Shown here piece after piece: positions 62,563 to 64,000 of a stretch of 64,000 nt of DNA. Position 1 is the stretch's first letter; every line of letters begins with the position of its first letter. A program made the position numbers and the translations under genes. The notes beneath the pieces are model-generated. The model was not told the origin of the DNA, ran no database searches, and saw only the letters and a list, made by a program, of their open reading frames with translations. Origin of the DNA: Salinispira sp. (GTDB lineage Bacteria > Spirochaetota > Spirochaetia > DSM-27196 > Salinispiraceae); assembly GCA_965602015.1 (NCBI GenBank), contig OZ271918.1, forward strand, positions 1,632,001-1,696,000, written 5' to 3'.

Positions 62563-64000
62563 TCACTCTGCTGGGAGTTTCCGCCCGAGGATAGTGCGGA
62601 CAAAAGCCCTCGCCCCGTCTGCAGCTAATAGGGCTTCCCTCATCTCATCATCTCGCATGGTCTTTGCAATGGAGGCTAAGAGCTGCAGATGGGGTTGGCG
62701 GTTTTCCGTTCCTGATGCAATGAGGAAAATTATGGTCGTCGGTTGTCCGTCAAGACTCTGAAAATCGATTCCTTCGGGTACAACGCCGACGGCAAGGGCC
62801 ATCCCCTTAACCCCCTCCGATCTCCCGTGGGGAATCGCAAGGCCCTTCTCCATTCCGGTGCTGAAACTGGCCTCCCGCTCGAACACATCCTTGAGAACAA
62901 GATCAGGATCCTCAAGCCGTCCCTCCCGGGCGAGACAGTCGACAAGTTCGCGGATAATACCGTCCTTGTCCCGAGCCTTTAGTGGTATAATAACCTGGGT
63001 CGGTATGAGGAAATCCTCGAGCTTGATGGTGCTTCGACCCGAGCCAGCAGCAACATCCCTTCGCAGCTCTTCAGGAACATTTATGGCGGTTATTCTCGCC
63101 ATTCGCTCCCGTACATGCACAATGACCTCATAGAGAAGGGTCTTTGCTATGCCGATATCCTGTGGTGCGCAGACAATTTCAATCTGTTTTTCATGGCGAT
63201 GAATTGTGAGATATATTTCATCCCGGCGAAGCCTATATACCGTGCCGGTGATTTCCAGCCGATGAACAAAAAATCCGTCTTCTTCAGCAATCCGGAGAAT
63301 ACCGTCGGTTATTAATGAGGTTATTTCTTCATTCGGCAAGTCGAGGGTTGAGGTTTCGGTCTGTACCCTCCCCCAGCTGCCTTTTGTACCCGCCCCGCCA
63401 CGTCTTAAGGAGAGGGCAAAAAGCGGGGCCCCGAGGCCTACCGAGAAGACAATCATTACAACCATGACTTGAAAGACCTCAAGGGAAAAGTCTCCGAGGG
63501 CAAGCCCCAGAGATGAAATTATCAATGCGACCTCGCCACGGGGAACCGTGCCGAGCCCGACCCTCAGAGCACCCCAGCCGGTGAAACCCGAAGCCAGTGC
63601 AGGCACCGCGCTACCGGCAATTTTTGCGAAGCCCGACAGGAGAGCAAACCCGAGTCCCGGCAGTATGATAGACGGATCCATGAGAACCCGAAAGTCCACG
63701 AGCATTCCCATTACCACATACAGCACCGGTACGAAGAACTCAGATATTGACTGAGACTTCTCGGCGAGAACATCCCCCATATCCGTGCGGGAAAAAGACA
63801 GACCTACCACATAGGCTCCGATAATAGCCGCGACTCCAAAGACCTCAAAGATCCCGGAGAGCGCAAGGGAAAAGGCCAGTACAAAGACAAGAAAGAGATT
63901 GGGATTTCCCCATCTTCTGAGAACTCGTGCAAGGTGAGGCGCAATAAGGAATGAGAACAGGGTTCCGCCCAACAGCATGCCGATGGCTCCCAAGGTAACC
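62563..64000 (-). CDS. CPA2 cation:proton antiporter fused to a PTS EIIA (Fru/Ntr-type) domain; 5' end lies outside the window
   Basis: IIGAYVVGL, FFVP...GM.VD, AK..G, PRGEVALII; RE...STG...GLAIPHGR; the frame is open to the right edge. Confidence 0.9.
   Translation of the reverse strand, partial: VTLGAIGMLLGGTLFSFLIAPHLARVLRRWGNPNLFLVFVLAFSLALSGIFEVFGVAAIIGAYVVGLSFSRTDMGDVLAEKSQSISEFFVPVLYVVMGMLVDFRVLMDPSIILPGLGFALLSGFAKIAGSAVPALASGFTGWGALRVGLGTVPRGEVALIISSLGLALGDFSLEVFQVMVVMIVFSVGLGAPLFALSLRRGGAGTKGSWGRVQTETSTLDLPNEEITSLITDGILRIAEEDGFFVHRLEITGTVYRLRRDEIYLTIHRHEKQIEIVCAPQDIGIAKTLLYEVIVHVRERMARITAINVPEELRRDVAAGSGRSTIKLEDFLIPTQVIIPLKARDKDGIIRELVDCLAREGRLEDPDLVLKDVFEREASFSTGMEKGLAIPHGRSEGVKGMALAVGVVPEGIDFQSLDGQPTTIIFLIASGTENRQPHLQLLASIAKTMRDDEMREALLAADGARAFVRTILGRKLPAE

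Overview
Chromosomal segment of a moderately GC-rich bacterium, most likely a free-living spirochaete (Spirochaetaceae-like). This rests on the conserved hypothetical genes beside mfd and the many Cys-lipobox proteins, and it is an inference. The window holds about 50 CDS, one tRNA-Asn(GTT) and several intrinsic terminators. No integrase, transposase, prophage or CRISPR array was seen. Housekeeping genes: mfd (partial), Na+-type hppA, nlpD-like/rpoS-like pair, pepF, nth, arfB, PqqL-like M16 and HtpX-like M48 proteases. Main points of interest: (1) a single 1126-aa fusion of 2-oxoacid dehydrogenase E1alpha, E1beta, a lipoyl domain and FabH/KASIII with no E2 acyltransferase, a candidate CoA-independent primer route for branched-chain fatty acids; (2) a five-gene sulfur-relay operon (Cys-tailed beta-propeller, YeeE, lipoprotein rhodanese, TusA, cytoplasmic rhodanese) behind an Rrf2-like operator; (3) a flavinylation-motif/CxC lipoprotein paired with a double-active-site rhodanese lipoprotein; (4) a PAS histidine kinase with a C-terminal BLUF domain; (5) an SF1 helicase with a HEPN/DUF4145-like N-terminus; (6) an ankyrin lipoprotein with a poly-Asp tract and a VHL-beta-like domain; (7) a 1-nt frameshift in an MBL hydrolase. 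All domain calls were made by eye from motifs, with no database search.
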